Assembly: GCA_963664295.1 (NCBI GenBank)
Contig: OY760935.1
Span: 512,001 to 576,000 of the forward strand
Length of the DNA stretch: 64,000 bases
From: Candidatus Altimarinota bacterium
Lineage (GTDB): Bacteria; Patescibacteriota; Gracilibacteria; CAIRYL01; GCA-016699755
Reading direction: 5' to 3'
Part shown: piece by piece, positions 62,272-64,000 of the stretch
How positions within the stretch are numbered: position 1 is the stretch's first letter
Layout of the letters: each line of letters starts with the position of its first letter
Notes under the pieces: model-generated
Database searches by the model: none
Seen by the model: the letters and a program-made list of their open reading frames with translations, nothing else
Told to the model about the DNA's origin: nothing
Made by a program: the position numbers and the translations under genes

Positions 62272-63453
62272 ATGAAAAAAGCACAAAACAGCAAAGGAAA
62301 ATTACTAATAGTGAAATTTCCTCTTGAATCAGCCTGGGGAGGAGAAGAGGAAATCCACCTACTTCTTGCAAAAGAATTGCGAACCAAAAACTACGAAATA
62401 GGGCTTTTAACCTCCTGTCCTCACTTATCCAAAGCTTTTATTGAACAAAATTTTTATACAAAAAAACTTATTTATTTTCCAGACCCGGTTAGTAAAAAAT
62501 CCTTAATAATTTTTCCAATAACTGCGATTTATTTTTTCTTTTTGGGTTTGTTTTTTCTTGGATTTTTTCGAGCAAAAGGCTATAAAAAAGTGCTTTTTTT
62601 GCGCTTGGGAGAAAAAATTATCTGGACTCCATTGGCAAAATTATTTGGATTTCAGGTTTTTTGGGGTGAACATATTGAATTTGGCAAATGGATGCACAAA
62701 AATCCACTTTTACCTTTATGGAAATTTTGGAGTAAAAAAGCTGTTTTCGTCACTCCATCAAACACACTAAAAAAACAAATAAATAAATTAACCAATGCTC
62801 CTGTGCAAGTTTTACCCAATGCCCTTGCTCCATCAAAAGATTTATCATCAAAAAAACCTTCAAAACAAGCTTTAATACAATTCTTGAATAAAAAATTTAT
62901 ACAAAAATTTAAAAATACTGATATTTTTATAGGTTATGCTGGCAGATTATCCCGAGAAAAAGGCTTAGAAATGCTAATCGAAATTGCAGAAAAAGTGGTT
63001 AATAAAAACAAAAATGTCTATTTTGTGCTCGCTGGCGGTGGCTCAGAAAAAGAAAAACTAATGCGCATGATTAAAGGTAGAGATTTAGAAAATAAAATTT
63101 ATCTCTTGGGCTTTCTTGAAAAACAGCAATTAGCTGATTTTTATCTTGGCTTAGATATTTTTTGCCTTTTTTCCGACACAGAATCTTTTGGAATATCACT
63201 TCTTGATGCCATGAGCGCGCGCTTGCCTCTTGTTGGCAGAAACAGAGGCGCAATTCCTGAGGTAATTCAAGAAAACAAAACTGGTCTAATCATAGAAACT
63301 AAGCAAGAAGCAGTGGAGGCAATCGAAAAACTAATTAAAAACCCAAAATTGCGCGAAAAAATGGCTAAAAATTCACGCAGTTTTTACAAAAAACATTTTA
63401 CTGCTAAAGTTTTTGCGGATAACGCAGAAAAAATTTTTTTCTTGAATAAATGA
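62272..63453 (+). CDS. Glycosyltransferase family 4
   Basis: GGEE, AGRLSREKG and ESFGISLLDAMSARLP..GAIPEV. Confidence 0.9.
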   Translation: MKKAQNSKGKLLIVKFPLESAWGGEEEIHLLLAKELRTKNYEIGLLTSCPHLSKAFIEQNFYTKKLIYFPDPVSKKSLIIFPITAIYFFFLGLFFLGFFRAKGYKKVLFLRLGEKIIWTPLAKLFGFQVFWGEHIEFGKWMHKNPLLPLWKFWSKKAVFVTPSNTLKKQINKLTNAPVQVLPNALAPSKDLSSKKPSKQALIQFLNKKFIQKFKNTDIFIGYAGRLSREKGLEMLIEIAEKVVNKNKNVYFVLAGGGSEKEKLMRMIKGRDLENKIYLLGFLEKQQLADFYLGLDIFCLFSDTESFGISLLDAMSARLPLVGRNRGAIPEVIQENKTGLIIETKQEAVEAIEKLIKNPKLREKMAKNSRSFYKKHFTAKVFADNAEKIFFLNK

Positions 63454-64000
63454 AAATTTGCTTTGTTGTGCCAGTCGATTTCATAGGAGGAGCTGAGGTT
63501 TTTGCTCTAGAGCTTATGCGCACTGCAAAAGAAAAAGCAGAAATAATAATAATTCATTCAGAAAATCCAGAGTTTAAAGAGAAATTACCTCTTAGCGCTC
63601 AATCTATTGAAATGGAATTTCCAAGGCTAAAAAAAGTATCTTTAAAATCTTTATGGAACTATTTTAAAACAACAAAAAAACTCAAAGAAAAAATAGAAAA
63701 AATAAACCCAGACATTGTATTAACTAATTCAATTAGGGCTCATATTCTTGCCACAAAAGCATTAAAAAAACTTAATTATCCTCTTGCATTTTTTGTTCAT
63801 GATTTCACCTTTCCTAAGCGTTTTTTTCAAATTGCTCAAAAAAGAGCAAATCAAATCTTCACTTGTTCTGAAGCAGTAAAACAAGACCTTTTAATCAAGG
63901 GTGGGCAAGAAGAAAAAATACAAATTGCTTACAACGGGGTTGATATTGGCAACTTCCCTTTTAAAAAACGGGAAAATATTAAAAAAATTGGCATAATGGG
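63450..64000 (+). CDS. Glycosyltransferase family 4 (partial, runs off the window)
   Basis: ATGA overlap with the previous gene. Translation gives MKICFVVPVDFIGGAEV..PDIV..HD..SEAV..YNGVD. Confidence 0.85.
   Translation, partial: MKICFVVPVDFIGGAEVFALELMRTAKEKAEIIIIHSENPEFKEKLPLSAQSIEMEFPRLKKVSLKSLWNYFKTTKKLKEKIEKINPDIVLTNSIRAHILATKALKKLNYPLAFFVHDFTFPKRFFQIAQKRANQIFTCSEAVKQDLLIKGGQEEKIQIAYNGVDIGNFPFKKRENIKKIGIM

Overview
This is an AT-rich bacterial chromosome segment in genetic code 11. It most likely comes from a Patescibacteria/CPR genome (inferred, Peregrinibacteria-like). The evidence is CPR-type 16S signatures, a solitary 16S gene with a non-canonical anti-SD tail, genes without SD motifs, SLH proteins and the CPR-type VirD4-like ATPase. 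Housekeeping genes include pyrG, hppA, ppa, dapF, a DEAD-box helicase, typA, gatCA, gyrB, rnpA, rpmH, pcrA, uvrA, comM, three tRNAs and the 16S rRNA. Five observations stand out. (1) A two-gene module occurs twice behind a shared 20-bp promoter: an unannotated ~50-aa helical peptide plus a large protein of 32-aa repeats. One copy (1809 aa) ends in a caspase/gingipain-like His-Cys domain. (2) All three tRNAs carry duplicated 3' ends with shared motifs, including a perfect 3x80-bp array at tRNA-Glu. (3) An ECF sigma/anti-sigma/SLH cassette shows its candidate promoter twice. (4) A 20-bp motif occurs five times, always on the + strand. (5) Several enzyme homologues have rewired active sites (ATCase-like, cyclase-like, nucleotidyltransferase-like). 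All calls come from reading the sequence by eye; no searches were run.
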